Positions 33,162 through 42,989 of a stretch of DNA of 64,000 nt are shown one piece after another. Below the pieces are notes generated by a model. That model saw nothing but the letters and a program-made list of their open reading frames with translations, did no database searches and had not been told where the DNA came from. Each line of letters begins with the position of its first letter. Position 1 is the stretch's first letter. The position numbers and the translations under genes were made by a program. The DNA lies in NCBI GenBank assembly GCA_040400605.1, contig JBBAPZ010000003.1, forward strand, positions 94,507 to 158,506. The letters run 5' to 3'. The stretch is from Candidatus Sericytochromatia bacterium (GTDB lineage: Bacteria; Cyanobacteriota; Sericytochromatia; S15B-MN24; JAQBPE01).

Positions 33162-33214
33162 AGGGATCCGTTCCGCCTGACGCAATGTAACCGCTGAAAT
33201 CAAGAGAACACGCC

Positions 33215-33240
33215 GTAGTGCCTCATCACTGAGGCACTAC
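33215..33240. terminator. Hairpin between the convergent pentapeptide gene and thrS
   Basis: Perfect 11-bp stem GTAGTGCCTCA-TCAC-TGAGGCACTAC; weak U tail. Confidence 0.6.
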
Positions 33241-33393
33241 ATTTGACATTTCTTAACGACGCCGCGGAGTGCCGGTCGTTAGCCGCTTGGGCCTCAGCGA
33301 GCGCTTGATGACAACAACTGTGCCAGCCTGAACGTTTTAAATTCGCTAAACGCAAACGACCGCACCAAGTGGCAAAATTGGTTGCGCAATCCC

Positions 33394-35367
33394 TCAGTCC
33401 GGCATGACAAGCGAGGTCAAGGACTTGGTATCTCGCTCCCTTGCCAGCAGGTCAATAACCCGTTCAAGTTCCACGACCTGGTTGCGCCCACCTGTGCGGG
33501 CGCGGACCGCGACACTGCGCGCAGCCATCTCCTGCTTGCCGATAATCAGCATGTAAGGCGTCTTATGAACCTGTGCCTCCCGGATGCGATAGTTCAAGGA
33601 CTCGTTGCGATCATCCAAACTCACCCGCAAACCGACCTCAGCCAACGCGTCACGCACGGTTTGGGCGTAGTCGTGGACATCATCACTGATGGGAATGACC
33701 ACCGCCTGCGTCGGTGCCAACCACAACGGAAAGTGCCCCGCATAATGCTCAATAATCAAAGCCATAAAGCGTTCCATGGTTCCCAAAATGGCCCGATGCA
33801 CCATCACCGGCGTGTGCTCCTGGCCATCCGATCCCCGATAAGTCAACTCGAAGCGCTCAGGCAAATTGAAGTCGCACTGCACCGTGGGGCCTTGCCACTC
33901 CCGTCCAATCGCATCATAAAACTTGAAGTCAATTTTGGGACCATAAAATGCGCCACCGCCCTCGTCAACCTCATAAGGCAAACCAGAGCGTTCAAGGGCC
34001 ATCCGAAGGGCGGCGATCGCCCGTTCCCAAATGGCATCATCGCCAATCGCCTTTTCCGGACGCGTGGAGAGGTACACCTTGGCTTCGAGGCCAAACACCT
34101 GCATGGCCGTCTGAATAAACGCGACACAGCCTGTCAACTCATCCGGCAACTGCTCAACCGTGCAGAAAATGTGCGCATCATCCATCGTCAAACCGCGCAC
34201 CCGCGCCAAGCCATGCAAGGTGCCCGAGCGCTCATACCGGTAAACATTGGCGATTTCTTGCAGACGGATGGGCAAATCCCGATACGAACGCAACTGCGAC
34301 TTATAAATCATCGCATGCCCCGGACAATTCATCGGCTTCACACGATAATTGGCCCCTTCAATATCCATCGCCGGAAACATGTTTTCCGCATAATTGCCCA
34401 AATGTCCCGACACCTCAAACAAGGTTTCTTTGACCACGTGAGGCGTGAACACCGGCTCATAGCCCCGCGCCTTGAGTTCCGCACGCAGCCAATCCTCAAT
34501 GAGTGAGCGAATCAAGGCACCTTTGGGATGCCAAAAAATCAAGCCTGGTCCCGTAACTTCCGGAATGGAGAACAGATCCAGTTCTTTGCCCAGCTTGCGG
34601 TGATCACGCTTGGCCGCTTCTTCGAGACGGGTCAAGTGGGTCTTGAGGTCAGCCTCACTAAAATAAGCCGTGCCATAGATGCGTTGCAACATCTTGTTTT
34701 TTTCGGAGCCACGCCAGTAAGCACCGGCCGCGCTCAACAACCGGATGTGCCGGATCCACCCTGTGTGCGGCACATGCGGCCCGCGACAAAGGTCGCTCCA
34801 GCCACCATGGCCATACAGCGTTACCGTGGCTGTGGGGTCTTGGACCAGGATATCACCCAAAATCTCAGCCTTGTAGGGCTCTCCTTCGGCTCGGAATCGC
34901 GCCATTGTGGCGTCAAGGGCGTCGGCTGGAATCTCGGTACGCGATACCGGCAATTTCGCCTCAGCCAAGCGTTGCATCTCCGCCTCGATGCGCACGAGAT
35001 CATCGGGTGTGAAACCCCGTTCGTAATCAAAATCGTAAAAGAAACCGTCTTCCGTCACGGGACCAATCGTCACCATCGCACCTGGAAACAAGGACTGCAC
35101 TGCCATGGCCATCAAATGGGCGGCGCTGTGACGCAAGACCTCTAGAGCCGCTGGATCATCCGCCGTCACGATGGCGACGCGATCGCCTGTCGCCAACACC
35201 CGTGAAAGATCGCAAAGCGCGTCGTTAATCCGCGCCGCCACCGCCTTTTTGGCCAAGCCCTTGCTGATGGACTCAGCCAAACCCCACGCCGTGGTACCAG
35301 CAGGCAATTCACGCTGCGACGCATCAGGCAAAACAACCTGGATCACTGAAGCCTCAACCGGCGACAT
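33394..35367 (-). CDS. thrS: Threonine--tRNA ligase
   Basis: TGS domain, RHSAAHLMA, DLCRGPH, RDHRKLG, KPMNCPGH, AFYGPKID, MVHRAILG. Confidence 0.98.
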   Translation of the reverse strand: MSPVEASVIQVVLPDASQRELPAGTTAWGLAESISKGLAKKAVAARINDALCDLSRVLATGDRVAIVTADDPAALEVLRHSAAHLMAMAVQSLFPGAMVTIGPVTEDGFFYDFDYERGFTPDDLVRIEAEMQRLAEAKLPVSRTEIPADALDATMARFRAEGEPYKAEILGDILVQDPTATVTLYGHGGWSDLCRGPHVPHTGWIRHIRLLSAAGAYWRGSEKNKMLQRIYGTAYFSEADLKTHLTRLEEAAKRDHRKLGKELDLFSIPEVTGPGLIFWHPKGALIRSLIEDWLRAELKARGYEPVFTPHVVKETLFEVSGHLGNYAENMFPAMDIEGANYRVKPMNCPGHAMIYKSQLRSYRDLPIRLQEIANVYRYERSGTLHGLARVRGLTMDDAHIFCTVEQLPDELTGCVAFIQTAMQVFGLEAKVYLSTRPEKAIGDDAIWERAIAALRMALERSGLPYEVDEGGGAFYGPKIDFKFYDAIGREWQGPTVQCDFNLPERFELTYRGSDGQEHTPVMVHRAILGTMERFMALIIEHYAGHFPLWLAPTQAVVIPISDDVHDYAQTVRDALAEVGLRVSLDDRNESLNYRIREAQVHKTPYMLIIGKQEMAARSVAVRARTGGRNQVVELERVIDLLARERDTKSLTSLVMPD

Positions 35368-35488
35368 GGCACTTTCTCCTCAAACGGGCCCGTTCCAAAA
35401 CCAGCCAAGGCATTTTAGCGCAGTTTGCCGAAAATTGCCCGCCTCTTTGTCCAGCAACCCGTAACGGTGACACATGCATCCGATCAGT

Positions 35489-37363
35489 TTATCGCTTGCG
35501 CCGCTTGCCACCATTGCGCTTGTATTGAAGCCGGTACGCAGCGGGCTCAGCCGACGGCTCTGGGGCGGGATAGGTGATATCCGCTATCTTCTGATTCTCC
35601 GACAGATTCGACAGTTCGGCCGTGAGTCGGTTGCCTGCGGGGTCCACAATTTCGCCGGCACGCACTTTCACAGACACCACATCCGCCTTGTTATCGAAAA
35701 ACTTGTGATTGTTCCAGATGCGAATCACCCGAATGCCAGATGACGCGAGTGGTTTGAAACCAACTGTCACGGGGCATTGGGCGGTGGGTACAATGCGAAA
35801 CTCCTTACCCAGCTCCGCCGGATTATTACCGAAGCCTTGTCGATCACTCGGCACATTCAGCACGTTGGTCGTTCCATTCAAAAACGTTGACTTAAGCGCC
35901 AATTGCGATTGCCCCACACAAAACGTGAAATTCTCCAATTTCTCAACGCTGTCATCCCATGTGAGCGTATCACGCCGCGGCGTCACACTTGGCCTGATCC
36001 CAAAGACCACCAAATCGGTGTCAAACGTCACTTCAAACTCTGTGTAACTCTTCGATAAGTCCTCATCATTGCGAACCACTGTACACGTCAAACTGGTTGG
36101 CTTAGGTGGTTCATTGTCCGTCTTGAGAGTAAAAGTCGCCGCATTGGTGTGCGTACTGTCCCAACGCGTGTCGCGATCCTTGGGATCAAAACCGGAAATG
36201 CCAAGCTTCGGCGATCGCACGGTGTTAAACAAAAACTCGCCCGCAGCAACCGTCGTATCCAGCTTGCCATTGCCCCCGGTTCCCATCCGGTTACCGTCAA
36301 TATCCCTGACAACAAAAGCGGGATCATTCACCAGGCCAATCTGGTACGCACCGCCCTTGGTTCGCCCAGTCAAGGCATTCGTAATCTTTGAGCAACTCAC
36401 AATGATCGCCTGATCCCACGTGGGGATATCCAGCAATTCGACGCCACTTTCACTACTAGGACGCGGCGTCGGCCACGAGATAAAGTAAGGGAAAGCATTG
36501 ACGTTAACAGGCGTTCCAGACCCGGCATTCAAGTCGGGTGGGGGTGTCGCGCCTTGGGCTGCCACCTCATTCAACGGCACGATGCGCAAACTGTGGATGA
36601 AGTTGTTGCGATTCTGTTCGGTCAATGCCTCCGATAGCGTGATCTTCAGTTTGACTGGGGTGTTATCCAATTCTGTTGCGCCGTCAAGTGGCTCCACATC
36701 AATGATTTCGGGATAATTGGAAAGGAAGTAGGGGTGATCAAACTTGCCAGGCTCCCCGAAATTCACGGTGTGCAGATTGCCCCCCTCCAAAAAAAACGTC
36801 CGTTTGCGCGCTGTGTAACCATACTTGGTAACCTCAATCAATGCGACACCATTTTCTGTCGGCACATCATCAAAATTGAATGCACCATCTTTCAGCTTGA
36901 CTTCAGTCTTTTTGTCTTTATACGTCAAGGTGGCGAAGAATTCATTTGAATCCATCATCTGGTTGCCATCGATATCGTAAATTTTTCCGGTGATACGCGT
37001 TTTGCCATCCGCGGTAGCCGCCACATCCACCACTTCCGGTCCACCGGGCGAATAAGTGGGTCGAGGGGTCGACGCCGGGCTCGGCTCCGTGGAAGGTGAC
37101 TGCCCCGCATCAGGCGACGGTGAGACCGCAGCCGGCGAGGGCGAGACCGAAGGCCTGGGCGCATCCGATGGCAGCACGAAACTCGTGGCACTGGCACTGG
37201 GACTCGTTCCGGGAGCACGTGATGCAGTCGGCGGCTTGCTCGATTTGATGCTTCCGGGATTGTCAATCACAACCGTTGAAGAGGGCGCAGCCGGGCATCC
37301 CACAGACACCAGCGTCGTCACCCCCAACAAGCCGCTCAAACGCGTCAACCGGCCATACATCAC
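35489..37363 (-). CDS. Large lipoprotein with S/P linker and beta-sandwich domains
   Basis: Lipobox-like SVGC, SP-rich linker, ITGKIYD...VTKYGYT (carboxypeptidase-regulatory-like), EIVDPAGN (Ig-like end). Confidence 0.7.
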   Translation of the reverse strand: MMYGRLTRLSGLLGVTTLVSVGCPAAPSSTVVIDNPGSIKSSKPPTASRAPGTSPSASATSFVLPSDAPRPSVSPSPAAVSPSPDAGQSPSTEPSPASTPRPTYSPGGPEVVDVAATADGKTRITGKIYDIDGNQMMDSNEFFATLTYKDKKTEVKLKDGAFNFDDVPTENGVALIEVTKYGYTARKRTFFLEGGNLHTVNFGEPGKFDHPYFLSNYPEIIDVEPLDGATELDNTPVKLKITLSEALTEQNRNNFIHSLRIVPLNEVAAQGATPPPDLNAGSGTPVNVNAFPYFISWPTPRPSSESGVELLDIPTWDQAIIVSCSKITNALTGRTKGGAYQIGLVNDPAFVVRDIDGNRMGTGGNGKLDTTVAAGEFLFNTVRSPKLGISGFDPKDRDTRWDSTHTNAATFTLKTDNEPPKPTSLTCTVVRNDEDLSKSYTEFEVTFDTDLVVFGIRPSVTPRRDTLTWDDSVEKLENFTFCVGQSQLALKSTFLNGTTNVLNVPSDRQGFGNNPAELGKEFRIVPTAQCPVTVGFKPLASSGIRVIRIWNNHKFFDNKADVVSVKVRAGEIVDPAGNRLTAELSNLSENQKIADITYPAPEPSAEPAAYRLQYKRNGGKRRKR

Positions 37364-37535
37364 AACAGCGTCTCCTCAAACGAAACCGTCCACAATCCAT
37401 ATACCCAACGCGACCCTTGATTGCAACACGGACAATGAAACCGACATCAATTTCACGGTTCAGGCCGGCGGAATGACTGGCGTTTACCGTCAAAGACCCA
37501 ATCACGCCAGGTTGAGTGGCGTTCTGCAACCATGC

Positions 37536-37737
37536 ATTAACAGACATTCGACAGCTCGCGGCAAAAATTCTGGAAACCAGGTCATCGCTTGATCATTAAA
37601 AAACGTTCATCCACAACACGATCTGAACCAGTTTGCGGGCAAGGTGCCCTGAAACAGGCACCCAAAGGGTGCTTCAAGCGCTTTCTGATTTGAGGAGGTT
37701 TCGACCAGCCGATTGAACGAACAATCAGCGAATTTGA
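37536..37737 (+). repeat. Reference copy of the dispersed ~170-nt intergenic repeat
   Basis: Aligns with 8804-8970 (+), 46110-46277 (-) and 20600-20780 (-); TTGAACGAACAATCAGCGAATTTGA (37713-37737) matches 46588-46612 and 60886-60910. Confidence 0.75.
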
Positions 37738-37949
37738 GAACTGGGATACAACCAGCCGACCGACAGATTTTATTGAAACGACTTCTTGAAACAAGCGTTC
37801 AGCCCCATCGCCAAACCACATCACCATGAAGGCACGCAAGTTTGACACGGTAACGGCGATAAACCTTAGACGCGGCTTAACGCAATATTTGCCTTTATGG
37901 GGTCACACCGCTTGGGTGAGGACTTTCACCTGCGATAGAAGGGGTAACG

Positions 37950-39326
37950 ATGCGCGCCATTGTTCTGACTGTCACATTGATGATGCTTGTGGCTGGTTGT
38001 GGTGTCAAAGCGATGCCACAGGGTTTCTTCAGCGCAGGCGATGCCCTCAACGCCAATGCGCGGCCGGTGCTCGGTGACAGGGCGTGGGCCCAGTTTCGCA
38101 TCGCGGCAGAATTGCCTGCCACCAAGGAGGAACGGGCCGCGGTGAAACTGACCTATCTCATGACGGATGACACCAAGCACCAGAGCCCACAGTCACTTGG
38201 GATGCTGCGAATGTTGGATGACTTGCCGCAGAAAGACGTTCATAACGTGGTGTTTCGCGATGGTCGCGACCAAGGTGATGCCAGGCTTTATTATCTGGTT
38301 CAGGGGGATGGCAACGCCCAGAGCGTTGCGAATCCGGGCGTTCCCTTGGCGCCCGGTGTGACGGAAGTGGCATCCAACAACCCACAGGTTTTTGCTCAGG
38401 TATTGGCTTACACCCTCGATCGCTATCCCGGTCGCCGCAAATATCTGCAAATCTACACCCATGGCGGCGGCGTCTTTGGTATTGGCACCGACAGCAATCA
38501 GACGGATCCCACAGGCAAAGCGCTGCCCAAAGAAGAACAGCGTTCCATTATGCGCATACCGGAGTTTGCGGAGGCCTTGCGCCAAGGGCTGAAGGGGCGG
38601 GCATTGGATGCGGTGTATTTTCGGGCTTGTTTGATGGGTAACGTCGAGGCTTTGTATGAATTGCGTGGGTTGGTGCGGTATGCGATCGCCAGCGAAGATG
38701 TCAGTTACTCGGTCGACAATTCCAATCTGAACATGACCCGCCTGTTCGACGACTTGGCCAATCAAAAAACCGAACCGGCGGAACTCGTCCGACAAATGGC
38801 GATCGCCGGACGTGGCAAACACGGCATGACAACCGACAAGGATCCAAGCGGCTACGCGACCATCGCAGCCATTGAGATCGAACGCCTCACCGAACTCAAG
38901 GCAGCCCTTAACCAACTCGCAAACGCCCTGTTGCGGGCCGAACCAGACGAAGCCACGCTAATCCGCGAAGCCTATGATGCCGTTCCAAGTTTCGGTACCG
39001 ATGAAACGGATCAGCGCGACTTGTGGGCCTTTAGCGCTGCCCTGCAACAACGCATCAAAAACCCGGATCTGCTGCGCAGCATCGATGCCGTACGACGAAC
39101 CCAACGAGCCGTCATGCTGCACGCCAAAGACGCCTATGGACCAGCAGCCAACGGCCTCTCCATCCTCATGCCGCCACGCAATCTGGCAGAAGAAAAACGC
39201 GCGGTCATGCTCAAGTTCATCCGCACCCGTTACCAAACAACACGCTTTGCACAAGATGGCACATGGGGCAAATTTATTGAAACCATGCTGTCACCCCAAG
39301 CAGGTCAAACACCCAAACGTCCCTGA
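37950..39326 (+). CDS. Clostripain-related (C11) cysteine peptidase, lipoprotein
   Basis: Lipobox VAGC, YPGRRKYLQIYTHGGG (catalytic His), FRACLMGNVEALYEL (catalytic Cys), ASED, GLSI. Confidence 0.85.
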   Translation: MRAIVLTVTLMMLVAGCGVKAMPQGFFSAGDALNANARPVLGDRAWAQFRIAAELPATKEERAAVKLTYLMTDDTKHQSPQSLGMLRMLDDLPQKDVHNVVFRDGRDQGDARLYYLVQGDGNAQSVANPGVPLAPGVTEVASNNPQVFAQVLAYTLDRYPGRRKYLQIYTHGGGVFGIGTDSNQTDPTGKALPKEEQRSIMRIPEFAEALRQGLKGRALDAVYFRACLMGNVEALYELRGLVRYAIASEDVSYSVDNSNLNMTRLFDDLANQKTEPAELVRQMAIAGRGKHGMTTDKDPSGYATIAAIEIERLTELKAALNQLANALLRAEPDEATLIREAYDAVPSFGTDETDQRDLWAFSAALQQRIKNPDLLRSIDAVRRTQRAVMLHAKDAYGPAANGLSILMPPRNLAEEKRAVMLKFIRTRYQTTRFAQDGTWGKFIETMLSPQAGQTPKRP

Positions 39327-39736
39327 CAATGAGGAAGCGTTGCGCTGCACGGTTTGCTCGGGAACAGAGCCGAAAACTCGGCATCGGCATGAAAATGCGC
39401 CAAATGATTAAAAGCTGCCACTGATGCTTGGTGATCAATACGGTGACACGTCGGTGGCAAGCGAATGGCGGCAACCGCATGGACACCGGATCGACATCTT
39501 TATAAATTAATCCCAGGACGTCTCCGCGCAAGCAAGTATACGGTCGTTTTGTGTAAAGCAGCATCCGCTTAGGCTTGCTGCGCCATGCTCAGGCTAGCAA
39601 CTTAACGCGATCCTAAACGATAAATATCCCAATATTAACCGAATCTGGCACATGCATGGCGATAAAAAACCTGGTTGCGTGAGCGGATGTCCGGTACGGA
39701 TGTGACATCCCAGTGTATTGAGGAAGGATTTATTCG

Positions 39737-40785
39737 ATGTCACAACTGCGTCTGGATGCGGGTTTGGTTGCACGGGACTACGATAAAAATCGTGATGGTT
39801 TGGTGAGTGATGATCTCAAAGTGACCGCGATGGATCTCGTGGATACCCAAAAGACGGCAAGGTCACAGTAGCGGAATTGGCTGCGGCACTAGGGGCCGAT
39901 CGCGTCATCGTCAGTCAAGGCACCATCTTGGCAGGCAAAGCAGGCGCCGCACCCACCCTGCCAGAAATCCAATCGCTCAACACCATTCGAAACCTCGCAT
40001 CAGACGCCGTCGGCTTCTTCGGCGCCGGCAACGCCCAATATCCCGGCTACCGTTACCAATCCACCGACCAAAACGGCAAAGTCCACTATCAATACGGGGC
40101 AGCCATTGCCGAATTGCGAACCCGCCTGAGCGCCATCGAAACGGTCGCCCGCCAAGACAATGGCTTCCGCTCCAAGACTGTCGCCACCCTCGCCCGCAAT
40201 GCCCTCCAGCAAAACACCTGGGATCACCTTCTGGATCAAGGCAGCGCCCAAAGCCGCTATAGCGCACTCTTTGCCACCATCAACAACATTGCCGAAATGA
40301 GCACCGCGCCAGCCCAACCGACACAAACCGAAGAAACACTCTATGGCTCAGTCAAACAGGCCCAACAATCCATTCAAGGCCTCAAAACATCACTCAAAGG
40401 CGTGACGGTCGCCGACACCGAAGCCAAAGTTCAACAAAAGATCAAAGACTTGCAGGCCGACATCGCAGCGATTCCGGGCTGGCAAAAAGTGCTGGTGGTC
40501 GGTCTCGCACGCAAAGCGTCACTGAATAACCAGATCAAGGATCTGCAAAATAAATTGGCAACACTCAAAGCAGCCAAACCGGACACCCAGATCACCCAGT
40601 TGAGCAGCACCGCCCGCCAAGCGTACGAAGTGGGACAAAACGGCTGGAAAGTCCGCAACGTCGAAGAGGCGGATGCCTACGCAACTGAAGCCTCACCAGT
40701 AATCAACGAAGCAAGGGGCATCGGCAGAAAAGCCGTTCAAGACGCCAACCACATTCAAGCCTTGCGCAAAAAGTTGAATCAATAA
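39737..40785 (+). pseudogene. EF-hand-like plus coiled-coil protein interrupted by a frameshift at ~39850
   Basis: ATG 39737 behind GAGGAAGGA gives MSQLRL..DYDKNRDGLVS..VDTQK, stop at 39869-39871; the -1 frame continues KDGKVTVAELAAAL into ORF 39877-40785. Confidence 0.7.
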
Positions 40786-40802
40786 ATCCACTGAACCCAC
40801 GC

Positions 40803-40846
40803 TTGACAGGTTGACATTTACCTCCTAGATTAGAACAAACGTTCTA
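40803..40846 (+). promoter_or_regulatory. Sigma70 promoter overlapped by a LexA (GAAC-N4-GTTC) SOS box
   Basis: TTGACA (40803)-17 nt-TAGATT (40826); palindrome TAGAAC-AAAC-GTTCTA at 40831-40846; GGAGG RBS follows. Confidence 0.85.
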
Positions 40847-40865
40847 CTTTGGGAGGTATTGTGCT

Positions 40866-41480
40866 TTGGCGGCACCGCTTGATTGGGCAGCACTGTCACT
40901 GAAGCCGGCCAGTGCGTTATTGCGTGAAAATGGGCCATCCGGGCGTTTGTCGGATCTTGTCGGCTGGGTATCCGTGGTGCAGGAAAGCACGCATGGCGCA
41001 CGTTTGACTTGGGCCATGCATCTGATTTGGGAGGCGCAGCGGCGACAAGAGCCAGTTGCCTGGATTGGCGCACCGGGGAGAACGTTTTACCCGCCGGATG
41101 CGATCGCCAATGGTGTCGACCCCGACGCACTGCCTGTCATCCGGGTATCAAGCGGAACGCAACAACTGCGTGCCGTGGACCATTTGTTACGTTCCGGCGC
41201 ATTCGGACTCATCGTGATTGATGGGGCACCTGATTGCCACCTATCCAATCGGGTGTTGTCGCGCTTGGGGCCCCTGGCCCGCCGTCACGTGACGGCAGTG
41301 GTCTGTTTGGTGTCTGCCGACGCTCGCGTCGACGCGGCGATCGACATCCGGGCGCAAATTGAACAACTCCGGCTGAAAGATGGCAGGTATCGGTGTCGCT
41401 GGCGATCGCTCAAAGACCGCCGTCGAGCCCCGGGAGCGGAAAGCGTTGAGGTGGTTCATGGGCCGATTGGCTTGTGTTGA
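40866..41480 (+). CDS. imuA: ImuA/RecA-like accessory protein
   Basis: VAWIG..FYPPD..GVD, LLRSGAFGLIVID; degenerate Walker A; first gene of the cassette. Confidence 0.85.
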   Translation: MAAPLDWAALSLKPASALLRENGPSGRLSDLVGWVSVVQESTHGARLTWAMHLIWEAQRRQEPVAWIGAPGRTFYPPDAIANGVDPDALPVIRVSSGTQQLRAVDHLLRSGAFGLIVIDGAPDCHLSNRVLSRLGPLARRHVTAVVCLVSADARVDAAIDIRAQIEQLRLKDGRYRCRWRSLKDRRRAPGAESVEVVHGPIGLC

Positions 41481-42942
41481 CATCCCTGCTTTGGCTTTAC
41501 AGGTGTTGCTGAAGGCGCATCCGGAATGGCAGGGTGAGCCGGTTGTGTTATTGGACCGTCCCCAAGCGTCCGGGGTGGTGCAAGCGGTCAATGCCGCGGC
41601 GCAAAAAGGGGGGGTGCAGCCAGGCTTGCGTTATGCCGTCGCGTTAAACCGTTTGCCGAATTTGCGTGGGGGCACGGTGGATGCGTCCACGCTCAAGGAG
41701 GCGCAAGCGGCTTTATTGGGGTATTTGCAGGGTTTCAGTCCTGAGGTTGAGCCAGCGGAGTCCGGCGTTTTCTGGTTGGATGTGGTGGGTTTGGCGGGTT
41801 TGTACCCGTCACTGGATGTATGGGCGCAGGCATTGCGGGCTGCGCTGAAGGCCGAGGCCTATGTGGTGGGCGTGGTGGTGGGTTTCAGCCGTACGGGGAC
41901 TCGTTCCGTGGCGCGTGTACTCAACGGGCGCAAGCATCTGGTGTTTGAGGGTGTGGAGGCGGAGCGGGAGGTGGTGGCCCGTGTGCCGTTGAATGTGCTT
42001 GGTTGGCCTGCCGGCGTGGTCGCGGCATTGGGACAATTGGGTGTCACGCGGGTGGGGGCGTTTTTGCGCTTGCCCGCAGCGGGTATCGCGTCGCGTTTTG
42101 GGGAGGAGGCATGGAAAGCGTATCAGGAGTTGCGGGGCGATCGCTTTTGGCCTTTGCAGCCGGCAAAGCTTGCCTTGCCGCATGCGCTCACGGTGAACTG
42201 GGACCATGGCGAGACGTGTCGTGTGCGGATGTTGTTTCAGTTAAAAGGGCCGGTGACGCAACTCTTGCAGGAATGTGCAAGCAAAGGCCAGGGAGCAACG
42301 GCGCTGAGTGTTGATTTTTGGGATGAATCGGGTGATGGCCGATGCTTGGCGCTGCGTCTGGCGGAGCCGACCGTGGCGGGGTTGGTGGTTTTGAATTTGT
42401 TGCAATTGCGTCTCGAATCATTTGACTTTGGCGACAGGGCGGTTGTGGGTGCGCGTGTCGCGATGGTGGGGGTGCCTGTGCGCGTTCACCAAGAAACCTG
42501 GCTTTTGGCGGCACCCAAGCGTGACAAACGCCTGGCCAATCGGGCATTTGAGCGTTTGCGGGCCCTGTTTGGGGATGAGGATGTGGTGGTCAAGGCAGTC
42601 CTGTGCGATCGCCATTTGCCTGAAGAGCGCTTTGATTGGCAGCCGTTGACCCAGTTGTCTGATGCCGCCCCCAAGGAGCCGGAAGGTGGCACCTTGGTGC
42701 GTCAATTGTGGCAGCCGCCGCGTGAAATTACGCCACGTCCGACCACAGGGGACTGGTACCCCTTGGGTTGGGCGGCGGGTGCGGTGGTGGGTTGGGAGGG
42801 GCCGTATCGTTTGGCTGGTGGTTGGTGGCAGGATGCAACGGTACGGGATTATCACCGGCTTGAATTGTCACAGGGTGCCTTGCTATGGGTGTTCAACGTC
42901 CCTGAGCAGGGGCGGTGGTTTTTACAGGGGGCGGTATGTTGA
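41458..42942 (+). CDS. imuB: Y-family polymerase-like ImuB
   Basis: RLACVDIPALALQ, VNAAAQKGGVQPG, FSPEVE, WLDV, EGPYRLAGGWW, RDYH, WFLQG. Confidence 0.9.
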   Translation: MGRLACVDIPALALQVLLKAHPEWQGEPVVLLDRPQASGVVQAVNAAAQKGGVQPGLRYAVALNRLPNLRGGTVDASTLKEAQAALLGYLQGFSPEVEPAESGVFWLDVVGLAGLYPSLDVWAQALRAALKAEAYVVGVVVGFSRTGTRSVARVLNGRKHLVFEGVEAEREVVARVPLNVLGWPAGVVAALGQLGVTRVGAFLRLPAAGIASRFGEEAWKAYQELRGDRFWPLQPAKLALPHALTVNWDHGETCRVRMLFQLKGPVTQLLQECASKGQGATALSVDFWDESGDGRCLALRLAEPTVAGLVVLNLLQLRLESFDFGDRAVVGARVAMVGVPVRVHQETWLLAAPKRDKRLANRAFERLRALFGDEDVVVKAVLCDRHLPEERFDWQPLTQLSDAAPKEPEGGTLVRQLWQPPREITPRPTTGDWYPLGWAAGAVVGWEGPYRLAGGWWQDATVRDYHRLELSQGALLWVFNVPEQGRWFLQGAVC

Positions 42943-42989
42943 GCGGAGCCGCAATTGTGTGCAGGGGCGTTACGAGGAGGCCATAGGGG

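Noticed and set aside
33382..35145. Long plus-strand ORFs opposite thrS
   Set aside because: Antisense shadows of a conserved gene.
42936..42989. In-frame ATG upstream of dnaE2 separated by TAG 42984 (possible read-through)
   Set aside because: A strong GAGGAGG RBS precedes ATG 42990 and PHP-domain homology starts there, so recoding is not needed.
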